Assembly (NCBI GenBank): GCA_964640195.1
Contig: CAZXIC010000003.1
Span: 20,438 to 84,437, forward strand
Source of the DNA: an uncultured archaeon
Lineage (GTDB): Archaea; Iainarchaeota; Iainarchaeia; Iainarchaeales; GCA-2688035
Reading direction: 5' to 3'
Length of the DNA: 64,000 bases
Under the pieces are notes generated by a model, which worked only from the letters and a program-made list of their open reading frames with translations, ran no database searches and was not told the origin of the DNA. Below are positions 52,577 through 62,054 of the stretch, in pieces. Each line of letters starts with the position of its first letter. The first letter of the stretch is position 1. Made by a program: the position numbers and the translations under genes.

Positions 52577-53203
52577 ATGGTGGAAAAAACAAGGGCAATT
52601 GCGCTCATCAGCGGCGGCATGGACAGCGCTGTAGCGGCAGCCCTCGCCTTGGAGCAGGGGATGCAGGTGGTTTTCCTCCACTTTGATACCGCTCCTTCGG
52701 GAAACACAAGGGGCAAGGAGAAAACACTGAAGCTGGCGAAGCAGCTGGGCGCGAAATTCAGGAAGAAGGTGAAGGTAATTGTTGCGCCCTATTCGCCCGT
52801 CCTCTTTGAAATCGCGAAGAAATGCGAAAGGAAGTACTGCTGCGTCCTGTGCAGGAGGATGATGCTGAGGGTTGCAGAGAGAATAGCGGAAAGGCAGGGC
52901 GCAAAAGCGCTGCTCACGGGTGAGAGCATTGGGCAGGTTGCATCGCAGACGCTGTACAACCTCAATGCTGAGCACAGCGCAGCTGGCATCCCTGTGATAA
53001 GGCCCCTGCTTGGGATGGACAAGCTGCAGATAGAGCAGCTTGCAAAGCGCTTCGCTACTTTTGAAACAAGCATTCTGCCCAGCGCGTGCTGTTGCATTCC
53101 GGCAAAGCCTGCCACAAGGGCCTCAAGGGAAATTGTTGGGCTGGAAGAGAAAAAGCTTGGCGTGGAAAGATTGATTCGTGCAGCACTGAAAAAAGCAAGT
53201 TAA
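52577..53203 (+). CDS. ThiI-like PP-loop sulfurtransferase domain protein (no THUMP/NFLD)
   Basis: IALISGGMDSAVAA, CCVLCRR, LTGESIGQVASQT, CCCIPAKP. Only about 208 aa. Confidence 0.75.
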   Translation: MVEKTRAIALISGGMDSAVAAALALEQGMQVVFLHFDTAPSGNTRGKEKTLKLAKQLGAKFRKKVKVIVAPYSPVLFEIAKKCERKYCCVLCRRMMLRVAERIAERQGAKALLTGESIGQVASQTLYNLNAEHSAAGIPVIRPLLGMDKLQIEQLAKRFATFETSILPSACCCIPAKPATRASREIVGLEEKKLGVERLIRAALKKAS

Positions 53204-53294
53204 TTCAACACTGTTTTTTGTCCGAACAAAGGTTTAAATATGGCAAAACAATAATCTAAATAACTTTCAGGATTCAGAAGGAGGTGAAAAGGGA

Positions 53295-53960
53295 GTGAAT
53301 ATTTTCAACGAATGGCTGGACATTTTGCTTTTCAAGAAAAAGCCAGCTGACATTGCAGGAACAAGCCTGGTTCAGGGACTGAAGCACTTGGCCATTGCAA
53401 GCGTAATCTACGGTCTGCTAAGCGGCATTCTGTCCTACCTTACAGCGGAACAGGTGGCTGCAGCAAGTGGAATGCCCGCAGGGATTATGGGCGCAGTGAT
53501 GGGCCCAATAGCGATAGTCGGCTCGATAATAGTGACACCAATCCTAGCAGTTATAGCTATAGTCATAGTGGGAGTGATACTGCACATCTTTTCATTGATA
53601 GTCGGCGGAAAGGGAGGCCTGGGCAACTACATTGGGGTACTCGCACTCATTGACGCAGCGCTGACAGGAACAGCAATGCTTGTGATTGCAGTTATTGGAA
53701 TAATAATAGCTCTGGCAGGCGCTTCCATAGTTGCAATGTCCATCGTTGCGCTTTTGGGCATGCTTGTAGGGCTGTGGCAGCTGGTATTGTGGGTGCTTGC
53801 AACGCAGGCAGTGCAGAAGCTGTCGCTCGGCAGGGCACTGATAGCAGTGATAGTGATTCCACTGGCAATAGGGGCAATCCTCACAATCGTGCTCGCAGCA
53901 GTGTTCATTGCATTCATCACATCAATAGCAGGCGGAATGGGTGGTTTTCCAGCAGTATAA
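53295..53960 (+). CDS. Yip1-like polytopic membrane protein (tentative)
   Basis: Soluble N-terminal segment, then five Gly/Ile/Ala-rich TM helices. GTG start. Confidence 0.4.
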   Translation: MNIFNEWLDILLFKKKPADIAGTSLVQGLKHLAIASVIYGLLSGILSYLTAEQVAAASGMPAGIMGAVMGPIAIVGSIIVTPILAVIAIVIVGVILHIFSLIVGGKGGLGNYIGVLALIDAALTGTAMLVIAVIGIIIALAGASIVAMSIVALLGMLVGLWQLVLWVLATQAVQKLSLGRALIAVIVIPLAIGAILTIVLAAVFIAFITSIAGGMGGFPAV

Positions 53961-54043
53961 AAAAACCACCCTCTTTTTTTATTATTCTCTTTTTTACATA
54001 CGCTTAAATACCGCTTTACTTATTCCTTTTTAGGGGGAGAAAA

Positions 54044-55150
54044 ATGCGCTCACTCAGGCTGGGAAAGCTGTTCGGGGTGAAAGTGGAACTGCACAGCACT
54101 TTTGTGTGGCTTGCAATAATTGTGGTAGTGCTGCTTGCAGTCCTGCAGCCCCGGAATTTTCTGCCAATAACCGTGCTGCTGTTCTTCCTGTTCCTCTCAG
54201 TGTTCTTCCACGAACTTGTCCACAGCGTTGTCGCAATGCAGAAAGGCTGCAGGGTTGAGAAAATAATCCTGCTGCCGATCGGCGGAATCAGCGTTTCGGA
54301 GGAACTGCCAGAAAAGCCCCTTGACGAGTTCTCCATAGCGGTTGTCGGGCCGTTGTTCAATTTCATTGTCGCCGGCACAATACTGCTGCTCGCTTCATTG
54401 GTAGTGCTGCCCTTTCCGCAGAACTGGCTGCAGCTTTTCTTCTCAGCACCTGGAAAGTTCGAGGAGGCGATGCTGCGCTATCCCCTGCTCGGCTTGTTCT
54501 ACGTAAACCTGCTGCTTGGCGCATTCAACCTTTTCCTGCCTGCGCTGCCGCTTGACGGCGGCAGGGTTGCAAGGGCACTGCTTGCATCGCTTTTGGGCTT
54601 CAACAAGGCAACGAGGGTGGTGACAAAGCTGAGCGTCTTCGTTGCAATATTCCTGTTTTTGTTCGGATTCTTTGCAGGCAGCATCCTGGTTGCGATAATC
54701 GCTGTTTTCATCTACTTTGGCGCAACGCAGGAGAGGGAGCATGCGGCAATAAAGCAGCTGCTTGAAAGGGAGGCAGTGAAAGGGCTGCTGAACAAGAAGC
54801 CATTGGTTTTGAAGGGCGGCACAAAGATTGAGAGAGTGGCTGCTTTGATGAGGCAAAAAAAGCAGCTGGCTTTCCTTGTAAGGCTTGGGAAAAAAGAGTT
54901 TGCTGTCATTGACATCAATTCGGTTGCAGCAATTGATAAAAGCAAATGGAGAAGCATGACAGTAAGGGAAGCGTGCAAAAAGGTCAAGGCGGTAAAGGAA
55001 AACGCAGTAGCATCGCAGGTAATGACATCATTGCTTGGGAAAGGCATTGCAATGCTGCCAGTAACGCGCAGGGGCAGGTTAATCGGCGTGATAGAAGCCA
55101 AGGAACTGCGGAAGAGATACGAGCTGAACAAGGTTACGCAGGGGAAATAA
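54044..55150 (+). CDS. Site-2 protease (M50) with C-terminal CBS pair
   Basis: HELVHS zinc motif, NLFLPALPLDGG, then two CBS-like repeats. Confidence 0.85.
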   Translation: MRSLRLGKLFGVKVELHSTFVWLAIIVVVLLAVLQPRNFLPITVLLFFLFLSVFFHELVHSVVAMQKGCRVEKIILLPIGGISVSEELPEKPLDEFSIAVVGPLFNFIVAGTILLLASLVVLPFPQNWLQLFFSAPGKFEEAMLRYPLLGLFYVNLLLGAFNLFLPALPLDGGRVARALLASLLGFNKATRVVTKLSVFVAIFLFLFGFFAGSILVAIIAVFIYFGATQEREHAAIKQLLEREAVKGLLNKKPLVLKGGTKIERVAALMRQKKQLAFLVRLGKKEFAVIDINSVAAIDKSKWRSMTVREACKKVKAVKENAVASQVMTSLLGKGIAMLPVTRRGRLIGVIEAKELRKRYELNKVTQGK

Positions 55151-55155
55151 AAGGA

Positions 55156-55162
55156 TTAAATA
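55156..55162 (+). promoter_or_regulatory. TATA-like box (ttaaata) about 30 nt upstream of tRNA-Ser
   Basis: Position and sequence. Confidence 0.4.
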
Positions 55163-55188
55163 CTATCCAAACAATAATTCTTTTACAA

Positions 55189-55275
55189 GCCGGCGTGGCT
55201 GAGTCCGGTTGAAGGCACACCGCTCGAAACGGTGCAGGCCGAAAGGCCTCGCAGGTTCAAATCCTGCCGCCGGCG
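55189..55275 (+). tRNA. tRNA-Ser(CGA)
   Basis: Acceptor GCCGGCG/CGCCGGC, G73, anticodon loop CTCGAAA, long variable arm GGCC-GAAA-GGCC, T arm GCAGG-TTCAAAT-CCTGC. Confidence 0.9.
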
Positions 55276-55334
55276 TAATACGCAGAGTTCAAATCCGAAA
55301 CCATTAAAAATTCCTGACTCACAGGAAATGGAAG

Positions 55335-56528
55335 GTGAAGGATTTGAACAATCAACCTGAATTGGATTTAAGCGTTTTCCAACTTGAATTTGACACCCAC
55401 CACAGAGGAAAGCAGTGCGTAAGGGAAATTCAAGGCCTTAGGGAGAACAGACATCCAAGCACTGGCAAACAAATTTCCACAACAAACCAGAGCAAGCTCT
55501 TGGATTATGCTGGGTGGATGATTCACAGGATTAAACGAGATGAATTCAGTGTAAGTAGCTTTGAAAAGAATCTGAGCGAGGCCTGGAAGTTCTGCCTTTT
55601 TCTCGGTGGATTGCCTGCGGAAAAGCTTGAAGAAACAAGGCTGAATGAGTGGTGGGAGCAAGAGCTGAAGCGCTATGAGGAAAAGAAAATAAAATACTGG
55701 ACTCTGTGCAAGGAATTGGAATGCTGCAGAAGCTTTCTCAAATGGATCAACGGCTTGAACGGCGGCCAGCGCCTGCCGCTGATGGAATCGTTGATTTTGC
55801 CCAAGAGACCAAAACTCACTTTGTTCACAAGAATGCCTTCACAGGAAGAGGTAAAGCAGTTGATTGACGCTGTTTATGCAAGTGACAAGTATTCCTTGCG
55901 AAACCAGGCAGTCATGGCCCTGGCAAACGACACAGGTGCAAGAATCTCTGAGATTCTTTCAATGCGCAACAAGCACATTAAGCCGGAAAAGAATTTTCTT
56001 GTGGTTAGCTTTCCAGAATCAAAGACTGCGCCACGCACTGTAATAAGCTTCTTGGCAAAACCTTACTTGGAGAAATGGGCTAAGGTTTCCCCTAACAAGA
56101 ATGCAGGGCCTGAAGCGTTCTTTTTCTGCCAGTGCAACGGCCAGCCAATTACCTATGCGACAATTCGCAAGGCCTTTCACAGGGCGATGGACCGCGTTAA
56201 AATTCCTTGGAAGAAAAAGCAGGCAGTGCATTTTTTCAGAAGCACCTTCTCGTCAAGGGCCTTTGACTGGCCTTATGCTCTAAAGCATTATTGGATGGGC
56301 TGGGCCTTCAGCGATCACGAAAAGGCTTACACTCATCTTGGATACCAGCAATGTGTTGAACAGTACTTTTCAATGCTGAAGAAGGAAAACAACCCAATGA
56401 TTGGAGAAGAGACTGCATTTTGGAGTGAAAAAGATACCAGCGACCAGGTACTCCAAAAGCTGTTGGAAGAGAAGCCAGAATTCAGGGCTATGTTGAGGCA
56501 GCTCGTGAGGGAAACAATGCATACTTAG
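55335..56528 (+). CDS. Tyrosine recombinase/integrase
   Basis: NDTGARISE ... VHFFRSTF ... KAYTHLGY (R..HxxR..Y pattern). Confidence 0.85.
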   Translation: MKDLNNQPELDLSVFQLEFDTHHRGKQCVREIQGLRENRHPSTGKQISTTNQSKLLDYAGWMIHRIKRDEFSVSSFEKNLSEAWKFCLFLGGLPAEKLEETRLNEWWEQELKRYEEKKIKYWTLCKELECCRSFLKWINGLNGGQRLPLMESLILPKRPKLTLFTRMPSQEEVKQLIDAVYASDKYSLRNQAVMALANDTGARISEILSMRNKHIKPEKNFLVVSFPESKTAPRTVISFLAKPYLEKWAKVSPNKNAGPEAFFFCQCNGQPITYATIRKAFHRAMDRVKIPWKKKQAVHFFRSTFSSRAFDWPYALKHYWMGWAFSDHEKAYTHLGYQQCVEQYFSMLKKENNPMIGEETAFWSEKDTSDQVLQKLLEEKPEFRAMLRQLVRETMHT

Positions 56529-57337
56529 GGCCACGGTTTCCTTGGCTTGTATCCTCTTCGCTTCAGTCCCGCGGTTAATCTAGACAACATTTCTCTCCAT
56601 TCAGCAGTTGACTCATGGATTTTTTGCTCGCTATAGAAGTAGTTCAAAAGACCGCAAACATATCTCTTTTTGTCTCTCTCTTTTTGAATTGTTTCGAACT
56701 TAAAGCTTTCAAGATATTCAAACGGGTCTTTTTTAAAATTGGGCATTCTCGACAGGTTATCGTGGAACCTTTCAGTTCCAAGCTCCCAGTCGCCAAGAAA
56801 TAGATACAATGCTTTCGGATTAGAGATTACTTTGAAAAAATCTTTCTTCAGCTTTTTTATCTCGCGGTGCTCTTCAAATGCAAAAATATTGCAGTAGTCT
56901 CTGATGAACTTCTTTGACCTTATCCAACCCAAGTCTTCATCCAGAATTTCGTTATGCAAGAGGAAGCAGACGCGAGCATATGAGTTGTCAAAAATTTTGC
57001 GTCCGGAATTATTCGCAACAAAGAACTTTGGCTTCGCATAACCTGCCAATTCTGTTATTAGATTGCCGTGCCTGTTTATTGCTTCAATCCTTTGCCTTAC
57101 TTTTTGCCTTGGTATGTCCGTTGCTCTTGCAATCTGTGTAATTGTCTTCGGCTCAAAAAAGCATTCAGAGAATATTTGCAGGCGAGTTTTCCTTTTCACT
57201 TCGCCCTCAGTTGAATGAGGAGTAAACTCCCTGTTCAAGTGAATTACCTTGTTCATACGGTCAAATTCGGAACGAACCTCGGGAAAAAATTCATAAAGCT
57301 GTTTTGCAGACTTCGCAAAATCTATCTCGTTTCTCAT
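56525..57337 (-). CDS. wHTH protein of the element
   Basis: PKTITQIARATDIPRQKVRQRIEAINRHGNLI. Same position and orientation as 41144..41803 in the first element. Confidence 0.45.
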   Translation of the reverse strand: MRNEIDFAKSAKQLYEFFPEVRSEFDRMNKVIHLNREFTPHSTEGEVKRKTRLQIFSECFFEPKTITQIARATDIPRQKVRQRIEAINRHGNLITELAGYAKPKFFVANNSGRKIFDNSYARVCFLLHNEILDEDLGWIRSKKFIRDYCNIFAFEEHREIKKLKKDFFKVISNPKALYLFLGDWELGTERFHDNLSRMPNFKKDPFEYLESFKFETIQKERDKKRYVCGLLNYFYSEQKIHESTAEWREMLSRLTAGLKRRGYKPRKPWP

Positions 57338-57450
57338 CTTTTCTCAGCTTTTCCTTTGTAACCTTTAGTCTCAACCAAAGGTTATATATACTCCTGTTGT
57401 AAGGCTTAAAGAACTTGTGATATGAGCGAAAAGCAACGAAGTGAAAGGAA

Positions 57451-57669
57451 ATGAAAGGTTCCAGATTTGAAGGCAAAAAAGTATTAGTGATTTACCGAGA
57501 ACAGAACGAAACAGCTCATTGTGTTGGCGTTCTGGAAGGAAAAGACAGCAACTACCTGTTTTTGAACACCAGAGATAACTCTCTGGCGATTCCACATTCT
57601 TCCATAGTGAAAATTAAGCTTTTCAAAGAAGAAAGAGGAGGCGGCTACTATGAGCATGCTGCTAAATGA
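57451..57669 (+). CDS. Small beta-rich (Sm/SH3-like?) protein
   Basis: KKVLVIYREQNETAHCVGVLEGKDSNYLFLNTRDNSLAIPHSSIVKIKL parallels 42205..42408. Confidence 0.35.
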   Translation: MKGSRFEGKKVLVIYREQNETAHCVGVLEGKDSNYLFLNTRDNSLAIPHSSIVKIKLFKEERGGGYYEHAAK

Positions 57670-57770
57670 GATCAAAAGAATCTGCGAAGAGGAAAAAATA
57701 AACTTCAACCAATTCCTGGAAAGAATAAAAAAGAAGGACCGGCCTGGGCCGGTCACAGAAGGCGATTTAT

Positions 57771-58025
57771 TTGGTGGGAGAGACAAATAAAAGAGTTGTG
57801 CTTAGGCAAAGGTTTCCGCTTGAAGCCATTCTGGGAGACGCCCCAGATTATTTATTGGCTCAGATAGCTTCCGAGATTCCACAAAAAATGCCAAGAAATG
57901 GCAGCGCCATCAGAATCAAGACTTTGAAACAATTATGCGAACTGCTTCTCGTGCAGAACAAAAAGCTCGACCAAATACAAAACCTGATTCTTACAATGAC
58001 CGAGGTGCACCAAAATGGGCGATGA
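57771..58025 (+). CDS. Hypothetical protein
   Basis: ORF only. Confidence 0.3.
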   Translation: MVGETNKRVVLRQRFPLEAILGDAPDYLLAQIASEIPQKMPRNGSAIRIKTLKQLCELLLVQNKKLDQIQNLILTMTEVHQNGR

Positions 58026-58860
58026 AGGCAGGTTATCAACTTCTTCTGACAACCTTCAGCATAGTATAGATAATATTTTGAGGTTGGTTGGTAGGTACTT
58101 GGTAGCTGACCTAGAAGAGTATAGGGAGAAAGAGGAGGAGTTAAGGTTATCAGTGGTTCTTGACAAGCTAAAGAACCTTTCTTGGAATGACAGCGAAAAG
58201 AAAACAATCTACGCGGCCCTAAAGCTTGGAATGACCTATCGCAACGAACTCAAGAGATTGTTTGGCAAAAAGGCCCAAACCTTTTCAGATGCCCTCAATA
58301 GTCTGGCTGACAAAGGCTTGATCGAAGTGGTTGAAGAAGGACCTGCGCTTGCTGTGAGAAAGGATTACTTACTCCACAATGTTAATGGCATGTCAAGGAA
58401 TACTGTTGAAAGAACAATTCTATGCAGGTTAACAACTCCTGCAAAAGCCTTTCTTGCAAACTCAAAAGTAGAAGCCTCCTTAGAAAAGGAAGTGGGAAAG
58501 TTGTTTTCTTGCAAGGTTCAGCAGGAAGCAGCAAGATTCAACCAGGTTGTGAAACAGGTGCAAGCAGTAAGGAACAGGGATGTTGAGGAAGAGCAGGCAA
58601 AAAAGGAACAACAGACCTTGCAAAACAGGTTATCAAGAAAAGTAGATGAGCTAATAGTGCAGTACGGCCAAGACTTCACTGGCTTTATTGAAGAAATCGA
58701 GCAACTAATGCGAGACAACCCTACTCAAAAACAATTCTTGGCAACAAAGAAAAGAAAACTCACAGAATACTACAATGGCAAAAGAGACCGCATTAGCTGG
58801 GCGGAAATCATTCGGCAAAAGAAACGCAATTTAGGGCTTGAAACTATTGGAGGTGTTTAA
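58015..58860 (+). CDS. wHTH plus coiled-coil protein
   Basis: TIYAALKLGMTYRNELKRLFGKKAQTFSDALNSLADKGLIEVV. Confidence 0.4.
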   Translation: MGDEGRLSTSSDNLQHSIDNILRLVGRYLVADLEEYREKEEELRLSVVLDKLKNLSWNDSEKKTIYAALKLGMTYRNELKRLFGKKAQTFSDALNSLADKGLIEVVEEGPALAVRKDYLLHNVNGMSRNTVERTILCRLTTPAKAFLANSKVEASLEKEVGKLFSCKVQQEAARFNQVVKQVQAVRNRDVEEEQAKKEQQTLQNRLSRKVDELIVQYGQDFTGFIEEIEQLMRDNPTQKQFLATKKRKLTEYYNGKRDRISWAEIIRQKKRNLGLETIGGV

Positions 58861-58862
58861 AA

Positions 58863-59420
58863 ATGTCCCAAAATGCCCCAATGAAAAAAATCCAAGTAGC
58901 AGCCAGGCAAAGCAAAGTAGCGGACCTTTACCTGAAAAACATAAGCATAAATCGCATCAGCGAAATTTTTGGAGTAGACCGAAAAACGATTCAAAGAGAC
59001 TTGCAACAGATAAAGTTCAATTTTCGCAGAAGCGTACCAAATGAAGTATCTTACAAGATTGTGAGATATGTTCTTTTCGAACACAGCTTGATATTTCAAC
59101 AAACAATGGACTGCTTAAACCAAGCAAAGACCCACAAGGATGGTCGGGGATATTTGGAGATACTCAAAAGGCTTTGGGATTCCAAAACCGCTTTCCTTGA
59201 AAAGATCGGCATATTTGAAGGCATTCCGGAAATGCTTGGAAAAGAACACGACCTATACGAGCAGACACTTAATTTTACCGAAAAACTCGCAAAAGATTCA
59301 GCAAAAAGAAAAAAAGAATTAGACAAAGCTACCGAGCAAGAGAAAATAGAAAAAGATGCTTTACTAGCAAGATTGCTTAATATGCCAGAAAGAAAGAGCA
59401 AAAAGAAACATAATCTTTGA
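58863..59420 (+). CDS. HTH protein (resolvase/sigma-70 region-4-like HTH)
   Basis: INRISEIFGVDRKTIQRDLQQI. Confidence 0.4.
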   Translation: MSQNAPMKKIQVAARQSKVADLYLKNISINRISEIFGVDRKTIQRDLQQIKFNFRRSVPNEVSYKIVRYVLFEHSLIFQQTMDCLNQAKTHKDGRGYLEILKRLWDSKTAFLEKIGIFEGIPEMLGKEHDLYEQTLNFTEKLAKDSAKRKKELDKATEQEKIEKDALLARLLNMPERKSKKKHNL

Positions 59421-59433
59421 TGGAAAAGTAATC

Positions 59434-59949
59434 CTAATTCCAGCCCCATTCTGTGATTTTTCTATTAGCATTGTCGTCGTGTATGATGGTGATGCCAAAT
59501 GCTGTCTCTATTTCTTTTTGCAGGAGTGCAAAATGTTCCCTGTCTGTTGTAACAAAGAAAAGATTTGGCAAAGTGAGCGATTGTGCCAGAATTTTTTTGT
59601 CATTCTCTGGCGGCATAGTTTGCAGTCTGCTTCTGTGCTTGGCATAAAAGCTCTCGACCTTTGGCAAGTGTTTCTCGGAAAGGTCATCGTGCAGGTTTAT
59701 TTTGGAGATAAACTCCTTAACTTTCACTTCAGCAACTTGCAGGATTCTTCCAATTTCTGGCAGGCCAAAGCCCTTTGATAGAAGTTCTCTCCTGAACAAG
59801 GCACGCATTCTTCGAATTTCCTGGTAAACAAGCTCGCAGGTATGCAGTGACATTTGTTTCTCTTTGCACTTTAGAATAAAATCCCGGATAATGATGGCTC
59901 TTACAGGTCTGTGCCTTCCCTTAAGAATTGCTCCTTTAACATAGTTCAA
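59434..59949 (-). CDS. Candidate toxin partner with PIN-like C-terminal motifs
   Basis: NDKKILAQSL...LFFVTTDREHFA...GITII resembles the D..ilA / vT.D..f PIN motifs. The N-terminal acidic motif is unclear. Confidence 0.3.
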   Translation of the reverse strand: MNYVKGAILKGRHRPVRAIIIRDFILKCKEKQMSLHTCELVYQEIRRMRALFRRELLSKGFGLPEIGRILQVAEVKVKEFISKINLHDDLSEKHLPKVESFYAKHRSRLQTMPPENDKKILAQSLTLPNLFFVTTDREHFALLQKEIETAFGITIIHDDNANRKITEWGWN

Positions 59950-59963
59950 GATGGCACAGCTGT

Positions 59964-60800
59964 CTAAGAAGAAGGTGGAATTTTCATCTGGGCGACTGTT
60001 TTCAGCAGGCGTTCTCTGACCCCCCTAGGAATATCGCTCAAGTCATCAGAAGAAATAGACTTGCAAATCTCTTCCTTCTCGCAATAGCTGTCAAGATAAT
60101 CGAATAACTCCTTTATATAGGCATTGCTCTTGTACTCGTTTTCTTTAAGAGCTTCAAACAGTTCCTTCACAGTCCAGAGAACCTGTCCCCTTTGAACAGG
60201 ATCTTTCACTTGATCCATTTTTTTCAAAACCGTTTCAATGTGATGCAAATATTCAATGGCGGAATAGAGCGCATCCTCGTCCTCAAGGCTAATCTCAGGT
60301 CCAATGTTTTTTTTAATCAAGTTCTGGTAAATTGGAATGTTCTTTTGGAAGCCGTGGGTTATCCGCATTGTTTCTTTGGCGTTCTTGAACTTGTCGACAT
60401 ATTTTTCGTGAACATGATCAAGAATTTGTCTTCCTGTCATTTTGGAATACTTTTCAATTATTTTTTTGGCCCGCTTTCTTTCATCAGCAGAAATTAGGGG
60501 CTTGCATTCCTTTTCAAAATACTTTTTGCCTTTTTCAGTTAAAAGGATTTCATGGAAGTCGTAGGGAACACCCCTATGCTCTTCATCCTGAATGAAATCA
60601 TTTTCAGTGCAGAAATCGATTGTAACATAATCAACAGGGCCTAGGGGATAGTTGCTAATTGGCATGTCATACTTAACATGGCCCTCTCTCTCAATTAGGT
60701 AATGGATTTTGTACAGCTTAATTCGCCCGAGAACCTTTCCCACGATGTGCAAGATAAACAAAAACAGTTGAATATTCTTGGTGGGCTTATCCACGGGCAT
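59964..60800 (-). CDS. Panacea (DUF4065/SocA-like) domain protein with a ~140-aa C-terminal extension
   Basis: RIKLYKIHYLIERE...YPLGPVDYV...ILDHVHEKY resembles the KLqKLlYfa / yGPv / tH pattern. Confidence 0.5.
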   Translation of the reverse strand: MPVDKPTKNIQLFLFILHIVGKVLGRIKLYKIHYLIEREGHVKYDMPISNYPLGPVDYVTIDFCTENDFIQDEEHRGVPYDFHEILLTEKGKKYFEKECKPLISADERKRAKKIIEKYSKMTGRQILDHVHEKYVDKFKNAKETMRITHGFQKNIPIYQNLIKKNIGPEISLEDEDALYSAIEYLHHIETVLKKMDQVKDPVQRGQVLWTVKELFEALKENEYKSNAYIKELFDYLDSYCEKEEICKSISSDDLSDIPRGVRERLLKTVAQMKIPPSS

Positions 60801-60914
60801 ACAACAACCTACCTAACACTACAGGGCCAAAAGCTTTTGCAAGCAACATAAATAACGTGAAACTGCTATAAATAATTTTCTAAAAGGATGTTTTATATAT
60901 GTTTGCACTCCTCC

Positions 60915-60945
60915 AAAAAAGCCACTTGCTGCGTGGCAGTTTTTT
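60915..60945 (-). terminator. Hairpin (gccac-ttgctgc-gtggc) flanked by A6 and T6 runs, downstream of the Lrp-like gene
   Basis: On the minus strand the stem is followed by TTTTTT. It could act in both directions. Confidence 0.35.
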
Positions 60946-60996
60946 AAGCTCTTTACCTATTTGCTGTAGATTGTATTTCTGTTTTACCTGGAGCAC

Positions 60997-61959
60997 TTAA
61001 TCTGGGATGTATGTTAGCCTGTGGTAGGTTGAGAAGTTGAAATACTCATAGTTTTTTATTACGTCGTTGAACTTTTGCTGCATTTCATCCATTATTTTGA
61101 GTAACTCGTAGAAATTCTTTACCACAACGGTCATTTCCCAGTCTCCGCCCCCGATTGATTTGATGACCAGGTAAATGTTTTTGTGGTTTTTGCAGTAGTT
61201 GAAAAGCTCTTCGTTTCTCCTGGTTGATGAAAGATACAGGTCCACTCTGTAGCCGACAAAGCCCAGTGCTTCGACGTCCAGGTCGAGCTTGTAGCCTACA
61301 ATGATCTTGTTCTTTTCCATCTTTCTAATTCGCTTAATTACAGTGTCAATTGTTACATGGCATTTTTCAGCTACCTGGGTTAGCGGTTGCCTTGCGTTGT
61401 CCGCAAAATTTTTGATTATTTCAAAATCCAAGGCGTCGTATTTTTCCTCTTTGCCTATTCCATAAACTCGTTCTACTATTTCCTCTTCTCTGTCGGCGAA
61501 GAACCTCCTGTTAAAGAAGTAGACCGGCGAATAAACAACAAATTCGTATGAAAGAATTTTTGGTTTGAAGATAGAAACTATGTTCTGCCAGGCTTCCTGC
61601 AGCTCATTAACTGATTTGACTCCAATAAAGACAGCGAAGTCCCATTTGCCATGAATCCTCGCCACTTCCCAAATCCTTTCATCTTTCATCAGATAGTTCA
61701 TAAACTGCTGTTCGGCAGGCCTTGTCAACTGCTGCATCTTAACATAGAACCGATATGTGAAAAAACCAAGTTTAGACATGTCTACTATTGCCTTGTAGCC
61801 CTTGATTATTCCAAGTTTCTCCATTTTGCCAATGCGGTATTTAACGAATTGTTTTGATTTTCTTACCATTTTTGATAGGCGACGCAGGCTGCTTCTACTG
61901 TCCCTGTCTAACTCTGCCAAAATTCGCTTATCATATGCATCCAAAGTATCTATGGTCAT
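60997..61959 (-). CDS. Tandem Lrp/AsnC-type protein (two HTH plus ligand-domain units)
   Basis: Unit 1 is YDKRILAELDRDSRSSLRRLSKMVRKSKQFVKYRIGKMEKLGIIKGY. Unit 2 is LDFEIIKNFADNARQPLTQVAEKCHVTIDTVIKRIRKMEKNKIIVGY. Confidence 0.8.
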   Translation of the reverse strand: MTIDTLDAYDKRILAELDRDSRSSLRRLSKMVRKSKQFVKYRIGKMEKLGIIKGYKAIVDMSKLGFFTYRFYVKMQQLTRPAEQQFMNYLMKDERIWEVARIHGKWDFAVFIGVKSVNELQEAWQNIVSIFKPKILSYEFVVYSPVYFFNRRFFADREEEIVERVYGIGKEEKYDALDFEIIKNFADNARQPLTQVAEKCHVTIDTVIKRIRKMEKNKIIVGYKLDLDVEALGFVGYRVDLYLSSTRRNEELFNYCKNHKNIYLVIKSIGGGDWEMTVVVKNFYELLKIMDEMQQKFNDVIKNYEYFNFSTYHRLTYIPD

Positions 61960-62054
61960 ATTTTATTACATATTCAATTTATATTTAAATTTATCTTATT
62001 TTGTAAAAAATTTACTCTACTTATTTTAATTTACTCTGGATTGGCAATAGTATT

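Larger units (their letters stand above)
55276..60900. mobile_element. tRNA-Ser-adjacent integrated element (right boundary uncertain)
   Basis: Integrase starts 60 nt after the tRNA. AT-rich hypothetical and wHTH genes plus a candidate TA pair. No attR repeat found in the window. Confidence 0.5.
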
